Origin: Candidatus Latescibacterota bacterium
GTDB taxonomy: Bacteria; Latescibacterota; UBA2968; SICM01
NCBI GenBank assembly: GCA_965217865.1
Contig: CBDCJO010000002.1
Coordinates: 960,001 to 1,024,000, forward strand
Direction of reading: 5' to 3'
Length of the DNA: 64,000 nucleotides
Below the pieces are notes generated by a model. That model had not been told where the DNA came from and did not search any database. It was given only the letters and a program-made list of their open reading frames with translations. Each line of letters begins with the position of its first letter. Within the stretch, counting starts at the first letter, position 1. Made by a program: the position numbers and the translations under genes. This document shows positions 1 through 9,296 of this stretch, piece by piece.

Positions 1-83
1 GTGTATGAGGGGCGGAAACTGGGGGTGGAGACGTCCGCCCCAGATTCCGGATCGCCAACCCTGGGATCGTAAGGAGGGGTCGA

Positions 84-1421
84 ATGCAGTATATCGATCT
101 AAAGAAACTTCGGGAGGACGCGCGTAGTATTTTCGATGCTGCGCTGGAGGCGGCGGATCCCAAGATCTGCGTGCGAAATGCGATGGGTATAGAAGGGAGG
201 GACCTTCGCATCGGGGAGGATTCATACGATTTAGAAAAATTTTCGCAAATCCTTGTCGTGGGAGCAGGGAAGGCATCCGCCCAGATGGCCCTGGCAGTGG
301 AAAACCTTCTGGGTGTGCAGGTGAGCGGTGGGCTGATCAACACGAAGTATGAACACGGGATACCGCTGGATCGGATCGAGATCAACGAATGCGGTCACCC
401 GGTTCCAGACGAGGCAGGTATTGAGGGGACAGAGCGAATCATCAAATTAGTGGAAGACGCGGGTGAGCAAACGCTCGTGCTCTGTCTGGTATCGGGCGGA
501 GGGTCCGCGTTGATGCCGGCACCCGCTGACGGAATCAGCTTCGGAGAGAAACAGGAGACAACCCGGCAACTTCTGGCTTGCGGAGCGACGATCAACGAAA
601 TGAATGCGGTTCGGAAACACCTCTCGAAGGTGAAGGGGGGGCAGCTGGCAAGGGTCGCCCACCCGGCGACGGTCGTATCCCTGATCCTATCGGATGTGAT
701 CGGGGATCCGCTGGATGTGATTGCATCCGGTCCAACGGCTCCCGATGCGAGCGGATTTGAGGATTGTCTCGAGATTTTTCAAAAATATGGGATCCAGGGG
801 CAGATACCCCAAGGCGTGGTGGACCGGATCCGTGAGGGGGTTGCCGGGAAGGTTCCCGAAACGCCTAAAGCCGGAGACAGCAGCCTGAACCGGTGCACCA
901 ATCTGGTCGTGGGGAGCAATCGTGTGGCTGTTTCCGCGGCACGCGACAAGTCGAATGGGATGGGTTATCATTCCCAGATCCTGTCCACCCGGATCGAGGG
1001 GGAGGCGCGGGAGGTGGCCAGGGTGTTTGCTGCGATCGGTAAGGAGATCCGCACGACCGGCCAACCCGTTTCACCTCCCGCTTGCGTGATCTGCGGGGGG
1101 GAAACGACAGTCACGCTCAACGGGAAGGGGAAGGGGGGGCGAAATCAAGAAATCGGCTTAGCCGCTGCTATTGAGATCCAGGGCTGGCCGAATCTTGTCA
1201 TCTTCAGCGGCGGGACAGATGGAACTGACGGGCCCACAAATGCTGCGGGCGCTCTGGCTGACGGAGAGACGATAGACCGGGCGGACCGGTTGGGACTGTC
1301 TGCGGCGGATTTCCTGCGAGAAAACGACTCCTACCATTTCTTTGAAAAGCTGGACGACCTGCTTCTGACCGGCCCTACGGGAACCAATGTGATGGATGTG
1401 GCGTTGATTATGGTTGGTTGA
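84..1421 (+). CDS. Glycerate 2-kinase / hydroxypyruvate reductase-like (GckA/TtuD, MOFRL family)
   Basis: GAGKAS, GHPVPD, SGGGSAL, SDVIGD, GGETTV, GGRNQE, GTDGTDG and TGPTGTNVMD motifs; AAGGAGG RBS upstream. Confidence 0.92.
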   Translation: MQYIDLKKLREDARSIFDAALEAADPKICVRNAMGIEGRDLRIGEDSYDLEKFSQILVVGAGKASAQMALAVENLLGVQVSGGLINTKYEHGIPLDRIEINECGHPVPDEAGIEGTERIIKLVEDAGEQTLVLCLVSGGGSALMPAPADGISFGEKQETTRQLLACGATINEMNAVRKHLSKVKGGQLARVAHPATVVSLILSDVIGDPLDVIASGPTAPDASGFEDCLEIFQKYGIQGQIPQGVVDRIREGVAGKVPETPKAGDSSLNRCTNLVVGSNRVAVSAARDKSNGMGYHSQILSTRIEGEAREVARVFAAIGKEIRTTGQPVSPPACVICGGETTVTLNGKGKGGRNQEIGLAAAIEIQGWPNLVIFSGGTDGTDGPTNAAGALADGETIDRADRLGLSAADFLRENDSYHFFEKLDDLLLTGPTGTNVMDVALIMVG

Positions 1422-2809
1422 TACTCCCCCCCTGCAAACCGGCATCGAACATGACAAGAGGATCCCAATTGATATTCATGCTTTCTTTTTTAATTTTTTT
1501 GGTCGGATTCCCGTTCCTCGCAACCACGCTAAATGGAGGAACTGGAGCCCAGAGTTCGTACGCGGGTTTGACAGACGATCGCGATCGGGCAAAATTATAT
1601 TTTGAGAAGGGAGAGATCGACTCGGCCATCACCGCCTTCCAAAAGGTTGTGGATGCCAGCCCCGATGTCGCGGAATTGAGGTCCCAGCTGGGTTTTCTTT
1701 ACGCAGAGGCCGGACGGATCGACGAGGCGATTTCGGTATATCGCAAGGCGCTGGAGCTGGATCCAAGCGATACCCAGAGGTGGACCGTTCTCGCCATGCT
1801 CTACTCAGGTGAGGGCCGTTTTGATGAGGCCTTGGCTTCGCTTCAAATGGCGCTGGCGCAGGACCCGAATGACCCGGAGCTGATGACCAACCTGGGGACA
1901 ATCCATCTCTCCATGGCGGATACGGCCATAGCACTGGCTGCATACCGGAGGGCCATCTTCCTTTTCCCCGATAGACCCGAAGGGCACAGCGCATTCGGTT
2001 TTGTCATGGCAAATGTGGGATCCTTGGATGTGGCTGTGTCCGAATTTAAGAAGGCCATCGCTCTGGATCCAGACGATGTGGATATTCGTGTGGGCCTTGC
2101 GGAAGTCTATTATAGAAAAGGAGATATCGACTCCTCCCTGGTGAGTTATCAGCGCCTCCTGATCATCGATCCGGATCGAGACGAAGCTCGCTATCAACTC
2201 GGCATGATATATGAGGAAAAGGAGATGCCGGACTCGGCTGTTGCCGAATTCCGTCGTTGCATCGAGGCCGCGCCGGAATGGGTGCTTCCTCAGAGCCGCC
2301 TGGCTTCTCTATATCTCCGCTATGGGAGGCTTGAGTCGGCCCTCGCGGCCTATCAACGTTGCCTTATGCTGGTTCCTGAGGACCCTGGATTTCACAACGA
2401 CATGGGGGTTATTTACACCAGGAGGGGGCAGATCGATTCGGCGATCGCGGCTTACGAGCGGTCCATCCGGTTGAGCAGGGATCCCAATTCCTTACGGGAT
2501 GCGCAAATCAACCTGGGGATCGTGCGTTCGATCCAGGGGGGTGAAATGCGGGTCCGCCACATCCTGGTGAAAACCGTTGCAGAGGCCGAGGAGATCCTGA
2601 AACTCCTCGGGGAAGGAACCGATTTCGCAGAGCTTGCTCGAATACGGTCCATCGACCCGAGTGCCCCGGATGGAGGCCTTACAGGGTTCTTCTCCCAGGG
2701 GGACCTGGATCCCGAATTTGAGGCCGCGGTCATGGGGATCCAGAAGGGGGAGATCAGTAACATTGTGAAGACACAACTTGGGTATCATATTATTCAAAGG
2801 TTGAACTGA
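1418..2809 (+). CDS. Membrane-anchored/exported TPR-repeat protein with C-terminal parvulin (PpiC) rotamase domain
   Basis: Hydrophobic N-terminus, about 9 TPR-like repeats (LG..Y...G....A...Y..AL..DP), C-terminal VRHILVK...FAELAR..SID...GG..G.F...GYHII. Alternative start ATG 1451. Confidence 0.85.
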   Translation: MILPPCKPASNMTRGSQLIFMLSFLIFLVGFPFLATTLNGGTGAQSSYAGLTDDRDRAKLYFEKGEIDSAITAFQKVVDASPDVAELRSQLGFLYAEAGRIDEAISVYRKALELDPSDTQRWTVLAMLYSGEGRFDEALASLQMALAQDPNDPELMTNLGTIHLSMADTAIALAAYRRAIFLFPDRPEGHSAFGFVMANVGSLDVAVSEFKKAIALDPDDVDIRVGLAEVYYRKGDIDSSLVSYQRLLIIDPDRDEARYQLGMIYEEKEMPDSAVAEFRRCIEAAPEWVLPQSRLASLYLRYGRLESALAAYQRCLMLVPEDPGFHNDMGVIYTRRGQIDSAIAAYERSIRLSRDPNSLRDAQINLGIVRSIQGGEMRVRHILVKTVAEAEEILKLLGEGTDFAELARIRSIDPSAPDGGLTGFFSQGDLDPEFEAAVMGIQKGEISNIVKTQLGYHIIQRLN

Positions 2810-2883
2810 AGGGAGTAAACTGATCCGGGGGGATTCGGCGATTCTGGAAGGGCCTCTCGCCCGGTTTTTCGAAATTTGGCTCT

Positions 2884-3878
2884 GTGAAACGCTATCGCAT
2901 CCTGTTTCTTCTCCTCGGGTTCTTCCTGCTGGCCGTCCTGATCTATCGGACTGGCCCTCAGCTCATACTCTCATATATCGGGATGATCGGGTGGAGGTTT
3001 ATCCTGATCATCGGGGCGGCTTTTTGCTGGCAACTCGGAAACACCATCGCGTGGGGATTGGCCTTCGAACGGAAAGTGGCCCCTCCATTTGGAATCCAGT
3101 TTTTCGCCAAGTTAGGGAGCGATGCGATCAATCACATCACCCCGCTGTTGAACCTTGGAGGCGAGTTCGTAAAGCCTTACCTGATCCGCTCCCATGCCCC
3201 GATCCCTGCAGGCTTTTCATCGATCATCATCACCAAAACCCTTCAAGCCGTGGCAGGCGTGATCTACGCGCTGGTCGGGCTATCGGTTGCGTTCTTCATC
3301 TTTGATCTTCTCGTAGTCGCATGGGTGACAATGGGGCTTTTTTTGCGACGGGAACTGCCCTCGTCGTGTGGCTCCTTGTTCAACAGCAGAAGGACCTTTT
3401 CTCGACGATTCGGGACAGGCTTTCCCGGTTCAACTTTTTTTCATTCCCCGCTGAAGTCCGGGGGGTCAATCTGCACGAGATGGACTCGTGCCTTGTGAAC
3501 ACCTACCGCCATCAAAGGCTCCGGCTCGGGATCGCGGTTCTTTTTCACGGAATAAGCTGGATTTTTGGGGTGCTCGAAACCTGGCTGATAGCCCACTATC
3601 TGGACGAACCGATCTCTTTTGGAACCGCTTTTTTTCTGACATCCCTCTCCTCCGTTATCAACACGGCTTTCTTTTTTGTCCCGGGTGGAATCGGTGTTTG
3701 GGAGGGGGGCCAGGCATTCCTTTTCGCCCTTCTTGGCCTTCCCCTTGCTGCGGGGTTGACCGTCGGGCTTATCAAAAGAATTCGGAAGCTCTTCTATGTC
3801 CTCGCAGGTCTCCTGATGCTCTCCGGGTGGATCATCAAGCCCTTGGATGTGAATTCAAAGGGTATAAAAATAAACTAA
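2884..3878 (+). pseudogene. Lysylphosphatidylglycerol synthase TM / flippase-like (UPF0104, HpnL-like) membrane protein, frameshifted at a T7 run (3338-3344)
   Basis: The N-half (INHITP..LGGEFVKPYL) and C-half (FFVPGGIGVWEGG..KRIRK) lie in overlapping ORFs 2884..3498 and 3321..3878; adding one T joins them as MGLFFATGTAL. Could be a sequencing error. Confidence 0.75.
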
Positions 3879-4008
3879 ATAGGGTGTATCGTTAGGGCAC
3901 AGTGTGATTCGCGCGCTTTCCTTCAGGCCATCGCGTCGTCAGCCGCGCGCCACCCCTCCGGGAGTTTAACGCCCGCGCCAGGGCTTAATCGCTAACCCGG
4001 GTTGATAA

Positions 4009-5430
4009 ATGGCTACAATGGCAAAGTTTATGCTACCAGACACCGGTATGACCCCTTACCCAAAAACCGGAAAACCTGCGGGATTCGCCACCCCGGGTTT
4101 TATCACCCTGCTGTTGATTTTTCTTCTCACGGATTCGGTGCCTGCGGCCGAACCGGATTCCCTGATTGTGCGTATGTCGTTGAAGGATTGCATCTCGCGT
4201 GCTCTGGAGGTCAGTCCGGAGCTCGATGGAGATCGGTTCGGTGTTCGGGCTGCGGAAGCGAAATTGAGAGAAGCAAAGGCCTCCCGCTTCGTGCCAAAAT
4301 TCGAGATGACGCAGATTATCGGCCCTTCCCCGGAAGCCCGCGGGAATGCAGTCACAGGGCGATCGGAATGGAACAATCTCAGCCTGTTTGGACGAACCGA
4401 AATCGAATTCCTCCAACCTCTCTACACATCGGGGAAATGGAACGCCTCACGGGATTTGGCCGCTGCGGGTGTCACCGCAAGGGAAGCCGGGCTGGAACAG
4501 CGGCGCGCGGAAGTCGTCAAACGGGTCAAAGAGCTTTACTACGGGCTGCTCTTGGCGAAACAGCTGCATTTGGTGGCTATCGAAAGCCGTGACGAGGTTA
4601 AAGATGCCCGAAAAAGGCTCCTGAAGAAGCTCGATGAAGACTCCGAAGAAGTTTCTTATACCGATCTCTTCAAACTGGATACATTCACTTTCAAGGTTGA
4701 TCAGGGACTCCACCGGGTAGAGAAGGAGTTGGCCATGGCCCGGTCGGCGTTGACGAAGATGCTCGATTTGAAAACGGATAACCTGGACTTAGCGGAAGAA
4801 GTTTTGGAACAGGAGAAGGTGGAGATCGGCCGGATGGAAGATTATATCGCGCAGGCATGGAAAGACCGGCCAGAAATGAGGAGGCTTACAGCAGGGGTGG
4901 AGGCGCGCCTGGCCCAGGTGCGCCTAGCTCGCAGCGATTACTATCCACAATTGTTCGTTGCCGGCCAGGCGAAGTTCGCCTATGCCCCCAATCGGGATGA
5001 CCAACACAGTCCGTTCGCAAAGGACGACTTCAACTTTAGTCGGATAGGGGCAGTGTTCGGATTAAAACAGTCGCTCTCATTCGGTTTGACAGCGTCTCGT
5101 GTCGCCCATGCCCGTTTCGAGTACCAGAAAGTTCTGAACACCGAAAGGGCCGTACGGGACGGAATTGCCCTGGAAGTGGAGCAGGCCTTTCGGGAGCTTC
5201 TCGAAGCGGGAAAGAATGTTGAGAGCGGGAAACGGGCGTTGAGATCGTCGAGGAGCTGGATGGTCGCGGCCCGAGACGCTTTCAACATCGGCCTCGGTGA
5301 AGTCAAAGAGGTGATCGATGCAGTCAAGGCTTACGGGGAGATGAGGGTCGAATACTTTCGGGCAATTTTTGACTTCAACAGGTCGATTGCCCGGCTCGAC
5401 AAGATGACGGGGAAGGAGTACCCTCATTGA
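4009..5430 (+). CDS. TolC family outer membrane efflux protein
   Basis: Signal-like N-terminus, two OEP repeats (SLKDCISRAL, FLQPLYTSG, RPE, ARSDYYP, LEVEQAF). Confidence 0.85.
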   Translation: MATMAKFMLPDTGMTPYPKTGKPAGFATPGFITLLLIFLLTDSVPAAEPDSLIVRMSLKDCISRALEVSPELDGDRFGVRAAEAKLREAKASRFVPKFEMTQIIGPSPEARGNAVTGRSEWNNLSLFGRTEIEFLQPLYTSGKWNASRDLAAAGVTAREAGLEQRRAEVVKRVKELYYGLLLAKQLHLVAIESRDEVKDARKRLLKKLDEDSEEVSYTDLFKLDTFTFKVDQGLHRVEKELAMARSALTKMLDLKTDNLDLAEEVLEQEKVEIGRMEDYIAQAWKDRPEMRRLTAGVEARLAQVRLARSDYYPQLFVAGQAKFAYAPNRDDQHSPFAKDDFNFSRIGAVFGLKQSLSFGLTASRVAHARFEYQKVLNTERAVRDGIALEVEQAFRELLEAGKNVESGKRALRSSRSWMVAARDAFNIGLGEVKEVIDAVKAYGEMRVEYFRAIFDFNRSIARLDKMTGKEYPH

Positions 5431-6149
5431 GTGTCCTCAAATCGATTTTGTGTGTGCTGATATTATCCGTGTTGTTATTTGGGCTCCCGAATACCGTGAT
5501 GGGGGACCCGGAGGAGATCGTGCTGGAGGATTTCTCCGAGGGACTCGTGGGAGGGTTTCCCCCGGGGTGGGGATGGCGGGGGAAGGATAACAAGAACCCA
5601 AAACGCTATGTTATCCAGGAGGCGAACGGAAAGCGGTACCTGAACGCCAAGGACGATGGGAAGTCTGTCGTCATCATCAAAAAGATATCGTGGAGGCTTC
5701 GGGATTACCCCGTTCTGACCTGGCGATGGCGTGCGAAGATCCTGCCCCCTGGAGGAGATGAGAGAATCGGTAATAAGAATGACAGTGCATTGGGATTGTA
5801 TGTGATCTTCTCTCAAAACTTGATTCGGATTCCGAAGCAGATCAAATATGTCTGGAGTACGACGCTGCCCGTGGATACGATCGCGGATAGGAATTTGATC
5901 GGCCGTCCCCGCGTACGTGTCTTACGGACCGGGACGCACCGTCTTGGAGAGTGGGTGATAGAACGCGTAAACCTCTATGAAGACTACAAACGGATTTGGG
6001 GTGGGGAGCCCAAAGATAAAACAGTGGGCATTGCGATTCTTACCGATGCGGATGCCACTCACACCTTCGCAGAGGGGGATTATATGGATATTGTGGTTAT
6101 GAAGGAGGACCTCCGAACCTCCACCCAAACCGGGGAAACCGAAGAGTAG
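5427..6149 (+). CDS. DUF3047 domain exported protein
   Basis: Signal peptide; YPVLTWRW, GGDE, IKYVWS, GEWVIERVNLYEDY, IAILTDAD motifs. Confidence 0.8.
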   Translation: MSVLKSILCVLILSVLLFGLPNTVMGDPEEIVLEDFSEGLVGGFPPGWGWRGKDNKNPKRYVIQEANGKRYLNAKDDGKSVVIIKKISWRLRDYPVLTWRWRAKILPPGGDERIGNKNDSALGLYVIFSQNLIRIPKQIKYVWSTTLPVDTIADRNLIGRPRVRVLRTGTHRLGEWVIERVNLYEDYKRIWGGEPKDKTVGIAILTDADATHTFAEGDYMDIVVMKEDLRTSTQTGETEE

Positions 6150-6150
6150 A

Positions 6151-6828
6151 TTGAAGAGAAGGGGGATCTGGAACATGGGATTGCAAATTTCTCGATGCCT
6201 GGGGATTCTTTTACTGACCGGGTGTATGCTGACGCTTCAGGCTCGGGGTGTAAAATCATCGGAGGTGACTCTGGAGCAGAAATTGATCGACACGATGAAG
6301 AAGCGAGATAGCGCCATTCGGACGATCGCCCTTTCGACGGAGGGTCCGTTGGACCCGAGGGGCCGAGAGAAGATGAAGGCGATCGTCGGGGATGCTTTCG
6401 ACTACCACGAGTTGAGTCGAAGGTCCCTTAAGAAACACTGGCCAAAACGGACACCCGCCGAGCGGAAGGAATTTGCGGATCTGTACAGGCGACTTATCGA
6501 GAAAAGCTACGCCGATCCGAAACTGTATCGGAAGGTCGAAAAGATCGTCTACGATGGCGCTGACGTGGTGAATTCGTTGGCGAGGGTGAAGACCACGGTG
6601 CATTACAAAGGGGAGACCAGCGCTATGGTATATGCCTTGCATCGCGTGGGCGAAAAGTGGCTGATCATAGACATGGTCATCGACGATGTGAGTGTGGTTC
6701 GGAACAACCGTCAGAATTTCTACAGAGAGATCGCCAAATCGTCGTACGGAAAGCTGGTCGAGAAAATAAAGAACAAATTGTCTGAGGAGCCGTCAGATTC
6801 GGATAAAGCTTCTGCTAAGACGTTTTGA
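6151..6828 (+). CDS. MlaC/Ttg2D (HpnM-like) periplasmic lipid-binding protein
   Basis: FDY.ELSRRSL..HW, ERKEF..LYRRLI..SY, KWLIIDMVIDDVSVV.N.R.NF. Confidence 0.85.
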   Translation: MKRRGIWNMGLQISRCLGILLLTGCMLTLQARGVKSSEVTLEQKLIDTMKKRDSAIRTIALSTEGPLDPRGREKMKAIVGDAFDYHELSRRSLKKHWPKRTPAERKEFADLYRRLIEKSYADPKLYRKVEKIVYDGADVVNSLARVKTTVHYKGETSAMVYALHRVGEKWLIIDMVIDDVSVVRNNRQNFYREIAKSSYGKLVEKIKNKLSEEPSDSDKASAKTF

Positions 6829-6978
6829 GGGCAAGATCTTAGGGGCCATCCGCCGTATTCCGCCCTTGCGGTCATATCAGGAATATATTATATTTAGGAG
6901 TCTTGGACGCAATTGTCCGCGCGCGAATTTGTGGCGGTATTTCACCGAGTCGACACCTCAGTTTAGGAATGGATCTCC

Positions 6979-7944
6979 ATGTTAACCCGTAAGATGACCC
7001 CCTTCAGAAAGTTCAGGGCTGTCCTCAAATACATCAAGATCAGGGTTCAACGACGACCCGTTCTCGTCAATCTTGAGGTGACAAAATTCTGCAACGCCGG
7101 CTGCGATTTTTGCGATTACTGGCAGACCAAGAAGTCTCCGAAATTAGACGACTATGTCGACGTCGTGCGGAAGATCAATCCGATGATGGTGACGATGACG
7201 GGGGGGGAACCGTTGTTGCGGAAAGATCTCAAGAATGTTGTCCAAAATCTTCGCGACAGCTTTGGTTTTCTTTATATCGGAATGGTTACTCACGGACAGT
7301 TGTTGACCCTCGAGAAAGCCAAGGGGCTATGGGATGCGGGGTTGGATCAGCTTTCGATCTCAATGAACTACCTGGGTCCTAAACACGATGAAGAACGGGG
7401 ACTGCCGGGGTTGTTCGATCACCTTTCCAAGCTTATTCCGAAGCTAAAGAACGTGAGTGTGGACAACGTCGTGTTGAACATCGTGATCAAGGACGATAAT
7501 CTGGATCATATTCCCAGATTGATACAACAGGCCCACGAATGGGGGGTCCGTGTTTCGATGAGCTCTTACACCGGCCTGAAGAACGGGAATGAGACGTATA
7601 TGGTCCACGGCGATCGCATGGCCCAACTGAATACGACAATCGATAAGATAAAGGAAATGAAGAAACTTTATCGGAATGTCGTGACCTCGGACTTTTACCT
7701 GAGCATGGTCCCCAAGTATTTCGAACAGGGGTATATGGAGGGCTGTAAAGCGGGGAAAAGCTTTATTCAGGTGACCCCGGATGGGCACCTGAAGGTGTGT
7801 CCGGAGATGCCCGTTCTGGGCCATTATTCCGAATATAAGCGCCAGAAAGAGGATGTGACCTGTACGAAGTGCTGGTATAGCTGTCGAGGAGAGTCACAGG
7901 CCCCCATGACGGTCAAGCGCATATGGGAACTGGTTACCGGATAG
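6979..7944 (+). CDS. Radical SAM protein with C-terminal SPASM/twitch-type Cys domain
   Basis: CNAGCDFC motif, TGGEPLLR, CKAG...PDG....C...CTKCWYSC. Confidence 0.88.
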   Translation: MLTRKMTPFRKFRAVLKYIKIRVQRRPVLVNLEVTKFCNAGCDFCDYWQTKKSPKLDDYVDVVRKINPMMVTMTGGEPLLRKDLKNVVQNLRDSFGFLYIGMVTHGQLLTLEKAKGLWDAGLDQLSISMNYLGPKHDEERGLPGLFDHLSKLIPKLKNVSVDNVVLNIVIKDDNLDHIPRLIQQAHEWGVRVSMSSYTGLKNGNETYMVHGDRMAQLNTTIDKIKEMKKLYRNVVTSDFYLSMVPKYFEQGYMEGCKAGKSFIQVTPDGHLKVCPEMPVLGHYSEYKRQKEDVTCTKCWYSCRGESQAPMTVKRIWELVTG

Positions 7945-7964
7945 GCCTGGAGATGCAGCGTTCC

Positions 7965-8002
7965 AAAAAATGAGGGGCTCACGGCAAGTTCGTGAGCCCC
8001 TT
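7965..8002. terminator. Intrinsic terminator between converging radical SAM gene and ftsZ
   Basis: GAGGGGCTCACG-7 nt loop-CGTGAGCCCCTT stem; A6 on the left gives a U-tail for the - strand. Confidence 0.8.
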
Positions 8003-8028
8003 GTGTTGTATCTCTTGTTTTGCCGGTT

Positions 8029-9234
8029 TCAGCTTAGTTTCAGTCCCCGACCCTTGCGAAGAAAGGTAGGGTATTCCAGGTCAGTGGGAGAAAGTTTGTC
8101 CAGATCGATCTCCTCTTCATCGGATCCGGAGTCCTCGTCGGATCGGGTACCCTCGCTCGCTGGGGACTGCGGCCTCATGAAGGCTGGAATGTCCAGGTCC
8201 TCTTCCTTGGAGAGCCCCCGCGCGGGCAGGATTGTCTTTGCCTTTTTCTCCGTCACTTCGACTCCGTCCCTCTGGTTGTTGAACCCGGTGGCGATAACCG
8301 TCACACGTATCTCATCCTCTAGGTTGTCGTCGAGGACGGTGCCCCAGATGATTTCGGCGTCGCTCCCAACGGCCTCCGTGATGACGGATACGGCATCGTT
8401 GACCTCGAAGAGGGTCAGGTCGCTTCCTGCGGAGATGTTGACCAGGACACCCTTGGCGCCCATGATCGGCACATCGTCCAGCAGGGGGCTCCGAATGGCG
8501 TTCTGCGCCGCCTGAATCGATCGGTTTTCCCCCCGTGCCAGGCCGGTGCCCATCAGAGCGTCTCCGCCCGCAGACATGACCGTTTTGACATCATTGAAAT
8601 CAAGGTTGATCAGGCCGGGCGTGGTAATCAGGTCAGAGATACCCCGGGTGGCCTGAAGAAGGACGTCGTCGGCCATTCTGAATGCCTCGGTGAGCGGCAG
8701 GTCCTTTGGGGAGATGGCCAAGAGGCGTTGGTTGGGTATGATGATCAGGGTGTCGACACACTCCTTGAGCTGGGCGATCCCCTGCTCTGCGTGTCGGGAA
8801 CGCGGTCTCCCTTCCCATCTGAAAGGGGTGGTGACGACGCCCACCGTGAGGGCTTCCAGCTCGTTTGCTACCTGCGCAACGACAGGAGACGCCCCGGTAC
8901 CGGTGCCTCCCCCCATCCCAGCGGTGATGAATACCATGTCGCTTCCGCTGAGCGTTTCAGCGACCAGCTCTCTATCCTCTTCGATGGCCTGGCGTCCAAT
9001 CTCAGGTTTGGCCCCCGCGCCCAGTCCTTTCGTGAGTTCCCTTCCGATATGGATTCGGTAGGTCGCCTTTGAAAGTTCCAGGACCTGGGCGTCGGTGTTT
9101 ATCGCGACGAATTCGACGCCTTCCAAACCTGCGTCGATCATGCGATTGACCGCATTTCCCCCCGCGCCCCCAACACCGATGACCCGCATTTTCGCCTTCT
9201 GGTCATCCGACTCCATCATCGAAAACCTAACCAA
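8029..9234 (-). CDS. ftsZ: Cell division protein FtsZ
   Basis: [32 protein letters not shown]; GAGGAGG RBS before TTG at 9234. Confidence 0.98.
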   Translation of the reverse strand: MVRFSMMESDDQKAKMRVIGVGGAGGNAVNRMIDAGLEGVEFVAINTDAQVLELSKATYRIHIGRELTKGLGAGAKPEIGRQAIEEDRELVAETLSGSDMVFITAGMGGGTGTGASPVVAQVANELEALTVGVVTTPFRWEGRPRSRHAEQGIAQLKECVDTLIIIPNQRLLAISPKDLPLTEAFRMADDVLLQATRGISDLITTPGLINLDFNDVKTVMSAGGDALMGTGLARGENRSIQAAQNAIRSPLLDDVPIMGAKGVLVNISAGSDLTLFEVNDAVSVITEAVGSDAEIIWGTVLDDNLEDEIRVTVIATGFNNQRDGVEVTEKKAKTILPARGLSKEEDLDIPAFMRPQSPASEGTRSDEDSGSDEEEIDLDKLSPTDLEYPTFLRKGRGLKLS

Positions 9235-9296
9235 GTTGCACCTCCTCAAATCGATCGCAGATCATCGCCCGCTGTCCTTGTTCTTGAAACTCCTTT

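Noticed and set aside
1-72. Possible 3' end of an upstream CDS or hairpin
   Set aside because: Too short to assign
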